A stretch of 64,000 bases of DNA, from NCBI GenBank assembly GCA_958009085.1, contig OY253674.1:434001-498000 (forward strand). Direction: 5' to 3'. Below the pieces are notes generated by a model. It was not told where the DNA came from. It saw nothing but the letters and a program-made list of their open reading frames with translations, and searched no databases. Numbering within the stretch: the stretch's first letter is position 1; each line of letters begins with the position of its first letter. Positions 37,867 through 51,954 of the stretch are shown here, piece by piece. The DNA is from Protoeuglena noctilucae (taxonomy: Eukaryota). The position numbers and the translations under genes were made by a program.

Positions 37867-40800
37867 TCACTTGATGGGGACAGGGTCGATGGCCTCGTAT
37901 ATCCGCGCTAGCGCCAGCTGCACCCGCGCCGCCAGTCGCTCGGCCGCAGGGGTGGGTTCGGCGTCCTGCAATGGCGTGGCGTGGCAAGAGGTGACCACCA
38001 ATTGCAGGCGTGTCCTGCCCTGTCCCATCAATCCGACTCCATAAAGCAGCGCAGAGCAGAAGAGGCTAGGATTGACACAAGCAGTATCTCTGCTTTTTCC
38101 CTCCCTGGCGCGCACGTGCTCACCTCCACCTCGACGGAGCGGTCGGTGAGGTCGACACGCAGCGTGCAGTCGCCCCCGCAGTCCAGCATCAGCGTCGTCA
38201 CGCTCTCCCCCTCCGACACGCTCCCGAACTGCGCCTCCAGCAGCCCCGCCACCATCCCCGCCTCAGCCCGCGTGGCACCCTCACGGTCCCCCTTCAGCAA
38301 GCACATGCGCCGGTCTGCCTCCGCGGTTCCCATCGAGACGGGCGGGCCCTGTGGAAGAGAGACGAGGGGCTACTGATGCATGGATAGGCCCTTGAGACCG
38401 TTGAATACCAGATGGCGACAAGGGGGGCATCTAGGGTACCACCCCGGATGCAAGCCGTTGTTTGAACCTAATACAAGCATCACCCTTTTTCCCTACCACC
38501 ACTGTCCCTGCCTCACCTCCACCATCATGACTGTCGCCACCACCGCGTCCGCGAGCATGTCACCCGCCGCCCCGCCCTCCCACTCCATCACCAGCGACCC
38601 CGCGCCGCCACTCCGCCGCGCCGGCGTGTATCGCAGCACCAGGTCATCGCCCACCAACAACACCTCGCCCCGATCACCCGGCAACCCCGCCTGCCCCGCC
38701 CCGCGTGCCCCTGCCGCCCCCGCCCCCGCCTCTGACCCGCCACCCGCGCCCTTCCCCTTCTCCCCGTCTTCCCCTTTCCTCAACCCCGCCAATTCTGGAC
38801 CGTCCCCATCCCCGTCTTCCGTCTTCCCATCCCCGGCGACCTCCGCCTTGGTTTCTGGCAAAACGCCAGACACCCCGTCGCGCACCTCTGCAGACTCCAA
38901 ACCCTCAAACATCGCCTGCGGTAACAGATTTGTCAGCTTGGCACGTATTTGGTTACGACATGTCAGCTGCGTGGTGACATGTCCTGGTGAGCGATGGGTA
39001 CTTGAGCAGCACGAGTGGCGGGTGCACATGCAATGGACCGGGGAGCGTAGTACTAAGCAACACCCACGTCTCGTGCAGGTCACCTCAAGGGCCAGGCGGA
39101 CTTCAGAGAAGGGCCTGTGGATGGCCATAATCTGCTTTTGCCGGACCGCACCGGTCGTGAGGCGCGTGAAGGCAGGGAGGTCTTTTGGGTCAATGATGAG
39201 GTCCAAACGGGAGCCTTTGGGACGCACCACCAGGCCACTAACGCCGGCCCCGTCGGCCCAGGGCTGCACCGCGAGCGACCCCAACATCCGCGCCCGCCGG
39301 GAGGGCCTGCGAGGGCAAAGACCCACAGCACGGTCTGGGCAAAGCGGCGGCACGAAAACGCCAGGCCACGGTGGCTGCGGCTGGGTTTGGATGACAGAAT
39401 ATGGCAGCACATCTTACAAAGGTATACTCGAAAGAACACACCGTCTCGGTGCTTGCTTGGTAGCTCACCGGTGGGGGATGTGGACCGCCTCGCAGTTGGC
39501 GGGGGTGTGCACCTCACGCCTCAGTCCTCGTGTGGCCGCGTCTCCCTCCAAAGCCTTGCGCAATCGCATCATTTCGTGCTCCTCGCCGTGCACGAGCATA
39601 ATGTGCTCCGGCGACAGCTGCTGCAGGAACTCCCGGGTCTGGGGCCAGTCCGCGTGAGCCCAGAACGACACGCTCTCCACCTGCACCCACGGGGTGACCA
39701 GACAGGGTGACCAGGGTCCAGATGCAAGGCGCGAATCCAACCGCCACATCCACTGCTGTCGATTGTACTGGGAACCAAGTGTGCTGGACATCGCCCAGAC
39801 ACTGCGCTGGCTTGCCGCAGCGTCACGGCAGGGAGGCTGGCGGCGGTGGGTGGCGGCGGCCGCTGCACTAGCAGACGCAATAACAAGCATCGGCAGCTCC
39901 TCACCTGCGCTCGCATAGGCAGTTTGTAGCCCTGGAGGCTGGGAATCTCCTCGGGGTGAGCGGTGAGCTCTCGTGCCAGCGTGCCTTGCACGTGGAAGTC
40001 CGCCAGCACGACCCCGTTGGCGGGGTCCCCGCACCACATCTCCAGGAGCTGCCGGGAGAAACCGCTCTGAAGCATGGCGGGCGCCGCCAGGACCACGCAG
40101 GGCCCCACGTCATCGAACTGCGAACCGGACGCCAGGACCTGCGTGGGGCGTTGCAGGACAGAGTGCGGTGATGATGGTAACAAACAGAACCAACATAACA
40201 TTGCATAGACGTGCATTTGACACACGTGCATACGCATGCCGAGCCACGCTGCTCATGGGGAGCGAGCGGAGGTCGGCTAGTGAGACTTGCGGCACAGTGC
40301 GTGAGGTGATCATGCCCGCTCCCAGGGCATACCTGGACGTGCTTGAAGTGGAAAGGGTTCGCGACTCGTGCGAACGACTCGCGAATGCTGTCGTTCATCA
40401 TCTCCACGTATGCCTGATACACGTTCTGGGCACGCTGGGCCTGCCCGGATGCCTGCGTGCGCGACACACCCACACAGGACCCATTACGCATGGACGAGCC
40501 ACAATTGGATCGACGGCTCAACCATGCACGGGGCCGTAGCATGGCGGAGCTCTGCGCAGATGCCCCGCTGTTGACCACGACACCCGTCGTGGTCCGGGCT
40601 GCTTAAAAATCCTGGCTGGTGTGTCCGGCACACGCACCTGGTAGATGGGGACGTTCTGGAAGGCCGGATTCCTCTCCCAGAATTCCTCCAGGACGAGGAG
40701 AATCTCCTGGGCCCTCCCGATGGCCACGCACGGGATCAGCACGCGGCCCCCGTTGCTCACGATGCGCGCGACGGCATTGGTGAGCTTGGCCTCCCTTTCT

Positions 40801-41924
40801 GCGCGGGACTCGTGCTGAGCGATGCCGCACGTGGCTTCGACGATGACGATGTGAGGCGGGGTCGTCGGCAGGTCCGCAGCGGACAGGTGACGGTCAGGGA
40901 CGCGGCTGTAATCCCCTGCGATGCATGACGGGGCGACGCATGACGACAACAGGCAAGTGTTGAACAACAGGTGACAAGTGTTTGTAACAAGCAACAGCGG
41001 GTGCACGGCACATGGCCACAGGAGCGACGTCATTGCATTGCCTGAGACTGCGCCTGCGTGCGAGGCAGGAGAAGCAGCCGACGCGGCAAAGTGCAGCTGC
41101 CAGGACCCACCGGTGTAGAGGACGCGCAAGCCATCCCACTCGATGAGGTACATGGCCGCACCGAGGACGTGGCCGGCCGCGAGGGCAGTGATGGCGATGC
41201 CACCGAGGTCTTTGGTCTGTCGGAAACTGATCACCTCCGTCCTTCGCATCGCCTCTTCCACGTCGGCCTCCGTGTACAAGGGCTCCTCCCCAGAAGACAT
41301 GTCGAGCCTGCGGAAAGGCGGGACCCGTCTGAGGCAGCAGCTGGCGAAGCGGGCTGTGCAGCTACTGCAGAGGCCGCACGGGTCGTACCGGACTGTGTCG
41401 CGCAGGAGGGTCCCTAGGACGGCCCGGGTGGGGTGCGTCATCAACACGCGACCCTTGAAGTTCGTCTGCCCAACCAGGTAGGGCAGCGCGGCGCAGTGGT
41501 CGTGGTGGAAGTGGGTCACAAGGACCGCCTCCACCGACTCGAGGTCCACCTCCTCCAAATACGGAAGCGAGTGGCGCCCCTTGAAGGCTGCGGGACGAGG
41601 AAATCGCACATAGAAGTGTACATGTGATGCGAGGCGGGAGATGGAGTGGCCAGGCGCGCGGGACGGCCGCAGCGCACCCGGGTGGAGACCGCAGTCCAGG
41701 AGCAGGCTCCGTCCGCGCCAGCGGAGATAGATGCACGATCGGCCGACCTCCTGGGCCCCTCCCAAGGGGATGATCTCCACCTGAGCGGGCAGAACGGTCC
41801 GCGTTTGGGCACTTGGCGCGCAGCAAATGGCTTTGCCTGGTGCAGCATGGTTGCCGCACGCTCCCACCTCATCTAGAGGGCCGTCCAGCACGTCTACCGA
41901 CGGCACCGCATCCTCTTGTACCAT
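37867..41924 (-). CDS. CPSF73: Cleavage and polyadenylation endonuclease CPSF73 (beta-CASP)
   Basis: Motifs: PLGGAQEVGRSC, LDCGLHP, THFHHDH, AGHVLGAAM, YTGDYSR, GRAQE, NPFHFKH, MLQSGFSR, SFWAHAD, LVHGE and C-terminal EWEG...DMLADAV. Confidence 0.93.
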
Positions 41925-42215
41925 CGCTGCGCTGCGCTCCCCAGCGCCCCCCAGACAAGTCGGGAATCGGGTCGGTTTGCCTCCGAAGCACACTGCACGC
42001 CGTGGGACGCCGTCCCGGGACGATGGCGCGGGTAGCCCGCACTGATGCCGCAAACAAGCTTACGCAAGCACAGCTGCCTGCCTGGAGTCGGTCTCTCCTC
42101 TCCCGGCCCGACTGACGCAGGTTCACAATCTGACAGCTCGAAGTGGCCAAAGCGGACGCCGATCCGACTCCATGTCCCAGTGGGTGAATGATGCAACTTC
42201 AAGGGATCGTCTTGG

Positions 42216-42843
42216 ATGCCAGCTTCTGAGGAAACGCACTACGGCGTCCTGGGCGTCCCGGAGACCGCCACGGACGAAGAGATACGGCTGGCCTACCGGC
42301 GACGCGTTTTGGAGCTGCATCCAGGTGGGCCAGATATCATGTAGAATTGACGTGTGCGCTTGCATGGGTCGCTGCGACGAGATATTCATCAGAGGTCTTG
42401 CGGCGTCCGCAGACAAGCGTGCCACGGGTGCCCAGGCCGACGCCGGGGCTTTCTCGGCCGTCCAGGCCGCGTTTGAGGCACTGCGGGATCCAGCATGCCG
42501 CAGACAATACGACCGTGAGCTGAGGGAGCGCCAGGCGGCGCTAGAGGTGAGCGTCTGGGCCATCTGGGCGGCGGCAGCCTCGGCTCAACGGGGCTACCGC
42601 TGGGCCGACTGAGCGGTGCAACTCACGCATGTTGCGCAGGTGCCTGTGTCCGAAGATGTTGATCTGGACGACATGATGGAGAGAAAAGACGATGATTGTT
42701 ACACGTGGCCGTGCAGGTGCGGGGACTCGTTTTGCCTGCCCGCCAGCGCCCTTTCCGAGCATAGCGGCGAGGTCCTAGTGCAGTGCTCTTGTTGCTCTCT
42801 ATTCATTCGCGTCTTATATACCGTGGGGCCCCCAGGAACGTAG
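42216..42843 (+). CDS. DPH4: Diphthamide biosynthesis protein 4 (J domain + CSL zinc finger)
   Basis: J domain HYGVLGV...LELHP|DK...YD, then YTWPCRCGDSF...VQCSCCSLFIRV. Confidence 0.9.
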
Positions 42844-42904
42844 TCCAGGTTTCTTCAATTGCGCAGTAGCGAGCAACCCATCCATGCCGCCAGGCAAATG
42901 GCCA

Positions 42905-45485
42905 TTAGCCCTTGGCCGGCCCCCCCGCGACTTTCCGCGCCTCCCGCGTCGCGGTGGCGAGCGCGCAGACGGCGGCCAGCCCGACCGCGAACGCCCCCAG
43001 GTACCGCTTGGGCTGCCCTGCAGGGATGGGGACAAAAACGGCGGTTCAGACGCATGGGGTTGCATTAGAAACGGCTCGACGCTACGAGGATGCTGAGCTG
43101 CGCAATGACGTGCCTGACTGTCATGCATGGTGGCACCTTCCCCACCGCGCCCTCACCTCCCTTGAGCGTGGCGGACCGGACCCCAACCGCCTCCTGCTTC
43201 TTCTCCACGGCGTCGATCTTGGCCCGCAGCTCCCGTACGACGTCCGTAAGGCCTTCCAGCCGCGCTTGGAGCACCGCCTCGCGGGCAGCGTGCTGGGCAG
43301 AGAGTCGAGCGGCGGTTGCGGCAGACGCGGCCCATGCAGCGCCGAGGGCAGCCGCCGCAATGACGGCCAGGCCTGCCGACACCCACGCGAGGCTCAGCAA
43401 GCCCGCCGAGCCCAGCAAGCCCGCCGACGCCAGCAACACCCGGCAGACGGCAGCCGCCGCGATGGCCGCGCCGATGGCCGGCAGCGCCAGATTAGGCGGG
43501 GTTGCCCCCCAGGGGAGGAGAATCTTCGCAAGAAAAGCCATTGATAGCGCCCCTGCCGATGGCGCGCTTGCCGAGGACGTGCGCGCAGGAGCCGGTGCCT
43601 TGACGGCCCCCTGCTCCTTCCCCTCCACAACAGCCGGCGCCGCTATTGGCGCACTGGAAGGCCCGACCGTCACCGCCCCCGCGTCAACCTCGCAGTCCGC
43701 CTGCGTCAGGTCCTCCGCCCGTGGCACCGAGGGGCCGCCAGCCTGCGCCGCATTTAGCGCGGCGGCTGCGATGGCCCGCTCCACCGTGGCTGCGTCCACC
43801 GACACCTCCACTCTCCGATCCGCGAGCACCGCGGGGAACGTGGAGGCCCACTGGGCCCGGACGCCCTCCTGCGCCCCCCGGTTGATTGCGCCCCTCACAA
43901 GGCCCATCACCGGCTTCAGGTACATCACCCCGAACTCAATCACGAGCGCCGTCTCGCTGGGGCCCGACGCCCGCAGGGAGAAGCGCAGGAGCGTGCGGAA
44001 GGACGCCCCGTACGGCGCCGACGTCCGCACCACCGTGACATACGTGGCCGCCACCCCCGCGCGCCGCGCCACGCACCGCTGGACCTCGATGTTCCGGAAA
44101 CCCCGGCGGTGCACGTCCTCCGCCAGGCGCTCCGCCAGCCACGGCGCAGCCACCGCGACCGCGGGGGCACCCGCGCCCGGCCCCAGGGGGCTTGCCCCAG
44201 GTAGGCCGCGCACGGCAATGCCCTCCCCCGAAGCCACGGGGGCGTGTGGCACCCACTCCTCCGAAGCCGCGTCGAGGGAATCGGGCCCACGCGACCCCGC
44301 CTCCGTGAAGCTCGCCGTGTCGTGCACGGACCCGCCTCCTGCCCACATCACACCCAGGCCGTCAGGGTCCAGCCACGGCTCGCGCTTGGCGCCCCGGCCA
44401 GGCTTGGTGGGCGAGCCGGGGAGGGCATGCGAACGGAGGGCCTGGGGTTGGAGGGCGGAGGCCGGCCTCCCCTGCCGCGGCGGAGTGGTGCCGGGCGCGT
44501 AGCCACCCGACGCGCGCCTCCGGGACGACTGGGAGGCTTCCCGCGACACGGCCGCCGCTCCGTCGCCAGGCGCTCCTCGCGCAGTCAGTGGGTGCGCCCC
44601 GCCCCGGCTGCTGCTCCCCTCAGAATCCACGCCCCCCCGGAACGACAGCTCCAGGCCCTCGAGCCAAGAGACCCCGGGCGACGCCTCCAAGGACACCACC
44701 GGCTTGCTCCGGCCCGGCAGGGCTGGCCGGGTCGCGGCCTTGACGGGCCGCCCTCCCGGCGCCTGCGGCCAGCCCATCGCCTTGGTCGACAGGTCCCACA
44801 CGGACGTCAGCGACGCGAGGGACGTGTTCCATGCCGCCGCCATCTTGGCCGCCGTGGTGTTGGAAGCGCGGGTGCCTTCCCTGCTCGTCTTGGCTTTGGG
44901 GACCGGGAACGGGCCCCACTCGAGGCTGCCGTGGAGCTGGGCGCCTAACCCAGTGCCCACTCCGAGCCAGAAGTGCAGCAGCGGGTCCGTCATTCCCCCG
45001 GAACCCTCGCCCGCCACGTCAGCCGCCTCCGTGTCGCCCCCGACCGCGCCCGACGAGGCTGGGGCGGGACTACCGGCGTCCCCACGCGTCCTCGCCTCCT
45101 GCGCCCTCCCCTCCTGTGCCTTTCCCTCGTGAAGCTCCCTCTCTGAAGACCCAGGGCTTGTCCCCGACTGCGTGGCCTCTCGGACCGCCTGCCAAGGGAC
45201 CTCCACATAGTTCGTGCGCTTCTCGGCCGCCCGTATCTGCGTGACAAGATGCAGGTGCGACGTCCGAAGGGCGAGCGCGGCTGCATGCATGCCAAGGAGC
45301 TCCACGGCATGGGGGCGCACCTGCTCCTGTGTTGCAGATGCTGGGCCGAAGAGCATGTCCTCCACGTCGGCGATGGGCCGGCCAATCACAGCGCGCAGGG
45401 CCGTCTCTGGACCGACGCCGCCGTGCTCCTGGAAACGCTGCTCCTGTCCCTCGGCCGGCCACAAGGGGAAGGCCTGGAGATCCAC
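42905..45485 (-). CDS. Membrane-anchored VASt/StAR-like lipid transfer domain protein (start uncertain, may extend toward 46017)
   Basis: The 806-aa ORF contains RTSAPYGASFRT and VRGAINRGAQEG (VASt-like), then hydrophobic segments and a coiled coil. The last exon reads QPKRYLGAFAVGLAAV...*. Confidence 0.55.
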
Positions 45486-46205
45486 GGGCCGCTGGCCCCG
45501 GAAGTCCGCAGAATCGTCCCATTGTTGCGTGACGCACGCATTATCCGCCGAAATCTGCGAGTGCGGTGCCCCTTCCGTGAAGGACGGCTGCCTCGCTGCG
45601 GGGGGAGCCCATCCCTAGGCGACCGCCGTAACGCAGGCCGCGGGGTCGAGCGACAAGGCAGAATGGCGCAGCCCTGGTCAAGGCAACTACCACAAGAACG
45701 AAATATTCGTGCCGGCGACCTAGGATGACGCCCCAGTCAGCGCGGTGGCGGCAGCGAGCGTAACAGACGAGGACAGGGCCGCGAAAGCCGCGCAGCAAAC
45801 ATCGGCCGGGTCGCAATCCCATAATCCTCGCGGTGGGAAACTCAGCGCAAGCAGATACGACGATTTCGGGGTCCCACGCGCGCGGGCCGCGTGCAGCATG
45901 ATGAGTCGTCACATCGACGCGGCACTCTTTCCACATGGCCGCATCGCGTCGCAAATGGCTTACCTCGACGGTGTCCTGGCTTCGTTCCCAGGGCGCTGCC
46001 GTCGCTGCACCACCCATAGCTGCGCGGGAGCCACGGCTTCACCGCTGCACCTGGCGCGCGCCTTCGCAGCGCCGCTGGCAATGCTGGATCGAAGCAAAGG
46101 GACCTCGCGTGATTCAATCGCGTTCATCTGACGCCAGCTTGTCGGTCTGAAAGCGATTTGGCGAGTTTCTTGGCACTGGCGACTCGGTTGCCAGTGGCTG
46201 GCACG

Positions 46206-49200
46206 CTAGTCTATGCGAGGGACGTCGCTGCCACCGCGGCGCCCGCCCTGGGCCTGCTTGGAAGCGCCGTTCCGTCGCTCCCGCTCCATCAGCTGCTCCA
46301 AGTACTCGGCGAGCGACGCCTCGCCCGTCCCAGCGCCCTCCTGGGGCCGGGGGCGCTGCTGTCCCCGGCCGTCTTCCAGATCGCAGGACATGCGCCAGGT
46401 GGCGGTCATGCCGCTGTCCGTGTCGGGAGTGATAACGTCCTCGTCGCTGCGGCTGAGGAGCCACGCGGACCACGTCAGCTGGCCGGCCGGCCAGGGCGTC
46501 GCCCGCCCCACACGCGCCCGTTCCTCCCCGCACCTGCTCGCGAACGGGTCCAGCACGCGCCGCTCGCCCGTCTCAACATCGTCGTATTCCATCGTGATCC
46601 CCACGCGGTCCGCCGTCTGCAGCGCCGCCTCCAGCTGCCCGCTCGCCTCCACGGCCTCCTTGCAAGCCTGCGGACACAGCGTGCGACCCACCCTCAACGA
46701 CTCCCGCACAGGCGCTTCATCATCCCCGTCCCCCATCGCCGCCCGCACCTTGGCTGCCCGCTCTAACGCCTCCATGACCATCTCCTCCGCCTGCTGCCGC
46801 TGCTTCACGAGCTCCTCCTTGCCCGGCCCCGCCGTCAGCATCGGTAAGTCCCGCCTGCCATCAGGCCCTTCTGGCCCGAAGCTCCACGGGCCCCAGATCG
46901 GGGGCCACACCGCGGACACCAGCGACTCGATGCGGCCCTCGCTGCCGCGGCCCTCGCTGCTCCGGCGCTTCGGCCGCCAGAAACTCATCGCGCCGCCGAA
47001 CCGCCGCGGCGGAGCCACCGCCACCTGCTCGCGCCACTCGTCGTCGTCAAACGCCGTGGCACTGGCCATCGCACCCGCCCCCACCCCTGAGCCGCGCCCC
47101 GTCCCCGACGCCGCTGACGGCGAAGACTCCGCACCGGATCCCCCACGCTTGCCATCGCTGGCGCTCGCTTGCCCGCCTGCCGCCTCGCCCGCTCGCCCAT
47201 CCCTGCCCACCTCCCCCGCCCGCGCTGCCACGCCGTCCGGCGCTTGGACATCGTCCGGCGGATCCAGCGCCATACCCCGGGCCCGTATCGCGTCCAGCTT
47301 CCTCCGCACCGCTTCCTCTAACGCCGCCTCATCGGACAGCTCGGGACTGCGCGCGCGCCTCTCCTCCGCCACCTCTTGCAGCAGCAACTTGTCCTCCTCC
47401 TCCGCCAGCTCCTTCACCCGGTAGATCTTGTTCGCTAACCTGCAAAGCCAGGAGAAAACACGGACGTCACGCCCGACGTGCACGCCCGCCCCTCGGCTGC
47501 GCTCTACTTCGTGATGTAAATCATTGCAGTCGAGCAACGGCGGTGTCGTCACTCGCCCTCACCGCGCCAGCTGGCCTTGCAACTGGGAAACGTTCCCCGT
47601 GATACCCCGCGCCATCTCGTAGAGGCTGTTGGTGCCCTGCTGCGCCAGCGTCGACAGCCCGCTGCTGGCCGCCAGCACGGCGTCGTTCACCACCACAGGG
47701 TCCGCCACGCGCAGCGCCATCGACGCCAGCTCCCCAGAGTACTCAAGAATGCCACGCCCACTGCGAGGCAGGCACTCGCCGCCTCAACAACCCCGCTCCC
47801 TGCCGACTCATCCAGAGCCAGCCGGCGCACCTCCGCTTGACCCTCACCTGTCGTCATCGTCCTCCCTGTCGCCACTGCTGCGACTGCCTGCGCTGTCCGC
47901 CTTCCTTGAGCCCTGCGCACCCGTCGCCGGCCGATCCGCGGCCCTCGTCGCCCCGGCGTCCTTCCTTCCCGGCGGCGCCTGGACCACCGGGCCTCCCTCG
48001 CTGGGCTGCGGCCCCGCCCCACTCCCAGCCTCTGCCCCAGACGCCTCCCTTTCCTCCCGCGCCCCACCCCCCCTCGCAGAAACGCTCCATCCCGGTAACA
48101 TGGGGTCCCCCGAGGGTAACAGCAGCACCGGGGCGGGCGACCACGGCTTGGGCGAGACATCGGCGTCCCGGCTCAGTGCCCGCTTCGGCGTCGATGGTGT
48201 GCCCTCGGAATCCCCCTTGGCCTGGGCACCTGCCTTCTTGCCCTTGGCTTCTGGCTTCTTCCCACGCCCACCTGCTGGCTCCTTGTCCTCCTTCCCTGCC
48301 CCCGGCTTGCCCGTCCGCGGCTGCACGGTGGGTGGCCGCCGCGGCTTGCTCGGCTTGCGCCGCCCGCCCACGATGCCGTTCTGCGAGCGAGCGTTCCCAT
48401 CTCATTGCAACCTCCGCAGCGCAGCCACGGTCGCTATGCCGCACCCAGTCCCCACGCGTTCGGGGCCTCCACGCACCAGGGCCTCCCCCAGGGCCTCCAT
48501 CTCCATAGCGGCCGCATCCATCGCGTCCAGCGTCACGGGAAGGTCTTGCTGAAACATCAAAGCCGTCTCCTCCACCTCCCGCGATGCTTTCTCGGCGGCC
48601 TGCGCCCGTGACGTTTCGCGGTGTTCGCAACTGGCAAACCGCGCGCCGGCATCAAAGGGCTCCAGCCGCCGCCCTCCGCACCTTCATCGCCTCCTCCATC
48701 TCCTTGAGCGTCACGTCCATCTGGATCAGGACCGGCCGCACGAACCACACCACGGAAAGAATGGCGCTGCCCATCGCAAACAGGCTGCCCGCGAAGATGG
48801 CTGCCAACACCGCCCCCGCCGTCCACGCGCCCAGGGGGCGATGTGCAGGTTGCTGGGCGCTCGGCGGAGGCTGCGAGGGAGCGGCCGCAGCAGCCACCTG
48901 CCCTATCTCGGCTGCCGCGTGCGGACGGGGGGGTGCGACGTGCCAGTGAACAGCCCTGGGCTCCGCCGACGGTGCCGCCGCGGGAAGGCCTTGCGCGACG
49001 TAGTCCACGTCGATGGCTCCTGTGCCGCCCCTCAGCGCCCGCGCCTGCGTCGGTCGGCGAGGCTGTCGCCACGCGGGACGAGGAAGCAGAGGTCGCCCAC
49101 TCCAGCCGCGCGACGTGGATGGCGTCCCAGAACCCCTCGGGCATCCCAAAGCCTGCGTGAAGGACATGCGTGCGCGTGAGACGGGAAGGAAGCGCTCCTG

Positions 49201-49390
49201 GCGGTCCCCGAGCGTCCCAAAGTCCAGATGGGCGTTAGCGAATGTACACAGCGGCGAGCGACGAGAACGATGCTCGAAGGCATCGTCAACCACAGATACC
49301 ATTTCGTCGATGCTGCGGCGGGCTCCCCGCTCACCGCATCGCGCGTCGCAGCTGGGTGGTTCCGGTGCTCGACGTGGGGTGCGGAATTCA
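46206..49390 (-). CDS. Hypothetical single-TM plus coiled-coil protein (cyanobacterial/plastid DUF948-like N-terminal part), start uncertain
   Basis: TM AVLAAIFAGSLFAMGSAILSVVWFV is followed by AAEKASREVEE...DLPVTLDAMDAAAMEM. Downstream exons splice in frame to the ORF ending at 46206. Confidence 0.45.
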
Positions 49391-49819
49391 TGGCGAGCGG
49401 TCGCCTATACAGACCCTCAGCCGACTAGCTGCCAACGAGCTTGAGCAGGAGGGCACCCCTGACGCGTGACGGGCACCGATGGCCCGCCGAGCGACAAGCG
49501 GCGACAAGCGTCAATCGTGGTGTGGTGCAGAGCGCTGGGGCGAGCCCGTCCTCGATGTCCGCGGGCGTGGGGAGGGTGCTGGGCGGTGGTTCATGTATGG
49601 ATGTCATCGATGGCGTCCCCGGGGCCTTTGCTGGTCCCCGCAGTTTGGTGCCAGTCCATGGTGCCAGGACACTGTCGTGATTGCCGCCCGCGCCGCCGCT
49701 GCTGCCCTCTGAGCGCGCGAACTCGAGCACGGCCTTCTCTCCCAGCAAACTTTGATTGCCCTGCAGCACCGCATTCCCGCTCCCCGGCCTCTCCTTGCGG
49801 ATCAATTGGTCTGGCGGCG

Positions 49820-51644
49820 ATGGAGGACTCCCATGAGGGGAGGCAGCACTGCCGGTTCTATGAAAATGAGTACCCCAAGATCGACGAGGTCGTGATGGTG
49901 GAGGTGAGGCCGGCACCCAGGAGCCTTTCGACCGCGGCGCCCTCGGGATCGGGGCTGCAGGGCAGGTGGCGTCGCCTGGATGCCGTTCCTGCACATTAGG
50001 TCTCGGCGCTGGCGCGGGGCTCAGGCACGCGTGCCTCGCAAATCAGTGCGGGGGGCAGCGCGCAGCCCACGCTGCGTGGCCCGCGCCAGTCGCTGCCGTT
50101 CTGGCTCGGCTGTCTGTCCTCGTGGCATGAGGACATCTTGGCCCAGCATTTGAGCCTGCGAGCTGCCGGGCTTGCCCCGGGATGGTGTCGCCTGGGCCCT
50201 GCCGGGCGAGGGGGCCGGCAGCTCGACAATATGGACGAGATGCCGCGCCGAGAGCGCCGGCGCGGTCTCCTTGGCGACTGGTTGGCTTAAGGACTTGTCG
50301 CTGCGGTCATTTCTCGCGGGCTTCGGGGTGCGGGAGAGCTGTGGCGGGTGGCTGACTGCCTAGACCGGCGTGCGCGTGCAGGTCAAGTCGATCGCGGAGA
50401 TGGGGGCGTACGTGTCACTGCTGGAGTACGACAACAAGGAGGGCATGATTCTGCTCAGCGAGCTCTCGCGAAGGTGGGCGCTGGGACGCGCCCGGTGCTG
50501 CTGTAGGAGAGCAGCGGAAGGGCACGCCAACACCCCCGCGCCCGCGTCCCCGCGCGCAGGCGGATCCGCTCCATCGCCAAGCTGATCAAGGTGGGCCGGG
50601 TCGAGCCCGTCATGGTGCTGCGTGTGGACGAGGAGAAGGGGTACATCGACCTGTCCAAGCGCCGCGTGTCGCCCGAGGAGGCCATGGTGGCGGAGGAGCG
50701 GTACGCCAAGTCCCGCATGGTGCACACCATTGTCTCCCACGTCGCCTACCTCCTTAAGCGCAACCTGCTGGAGCTCAACCAGAAGCTCACGTGGCCGCTC
50801 TACCGCAAGTACGGCCACGCCTACGACGCCTTCCGCCAGGCGGCGTCCGACCCCGTGGCGGTCTTTGGGGAGTTCAACCTCGACCCGGAGCTGCAGGCGA
50901 GGCTGTGGGAGAAGGGGGCTCATGGGCGGCAACGCGTCGCTCGCCTTGGCCAGTCACGGTCACGGTCGTGGCGGTTGCGCGCCTGCAGGACCGGTTGGAG
51001 AGGGACATCAAGCAGAGGCTGAAACCGAATCCGCACAAGGTCCGGGCGGACGTGGAGATGAAGTGCTACTCGTTTGCGGGGGTCCAGGTGGGCACCTCAG
51101 CAGTGCAGCGGTGAAGTTGTGGCATGCCGGGATGGCTTTGGGGGGAACGCTGGTGATCGTCAATGAACGCGCCACGCAGGCCATTCGGGAAGCCATGCGG
51201 GCGGCGGAGGCGTGCTCGACGGAGGAGTGTAAGGTGGACATCAAGCTCATCGCAGCACCGCTCTACGTGCTGACGACCATCACGCACAACAAGAAGGAGG
51301 GGATTGACGCGCTCGCTCGGGCCGTCGACGCTGCGGCGGCGGCCATCAGCAAGCCGGAGTTCAAGGGGGAGCTGGTCGTGAAGGACAAGCCCAGGTGTGT
51401 GACGGGCGCTGTCGGGGGCTGTGGCCCTCAGCTGCGCAGTCCGGTGCGTCCCCACGAGCGTGCGCGATCGATATCCGATCCCGGCTGCCGCAGGGTGGTG
51501 TCGGCGGAGGACGACCGGCTGCTGGCGGAGAAGATGGCTGAGCTGGAGCTGGCCAACCAGGAGGTGGATGGGGACGCGTCCAATTCGGACGAGGGGGAGG
51601 AGGAGGGCATGGCTTTCAACGAGAACGCGGACAAGATCGAGTAA
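49820..51644 (+). CDS. EIF2S1: Eukaryotic translation initiation factor 2 alpha subunit
   Basis: Motifs: [47 protein letters not shown] and [11 protein letters not shown]. Confidence 0.97.
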
Positions 51645-51954
51645 CAGCGGCCCTGCTGCTGGGGCCGGGGTCCCTCCTGCTCGCTGCGCACCCCGCAAGT
51701 GCCCGGCGCGAGCACCGGCTGTCCGTCGCGCCCCGCGCATAGCGCAGGAGCGCGCTGGCCGCGTGTTGTCCATCACGTGCCGCTCCCGTCGCAAGGCCGT
51801 GGAGGCGGCGGGGTTGAAGTCGACTGTGTGACTGGCACCGGCTACGGGCAGAGGCGGCCGGCCGCCCTGGACCTATGGCGCCCGCGCGCGCGCCCCCCTC
51901 GCCCTTTTCCAACAACTAGGCCCACCGGGCGGCGATCGCTTGTTGGCTTGGGTC

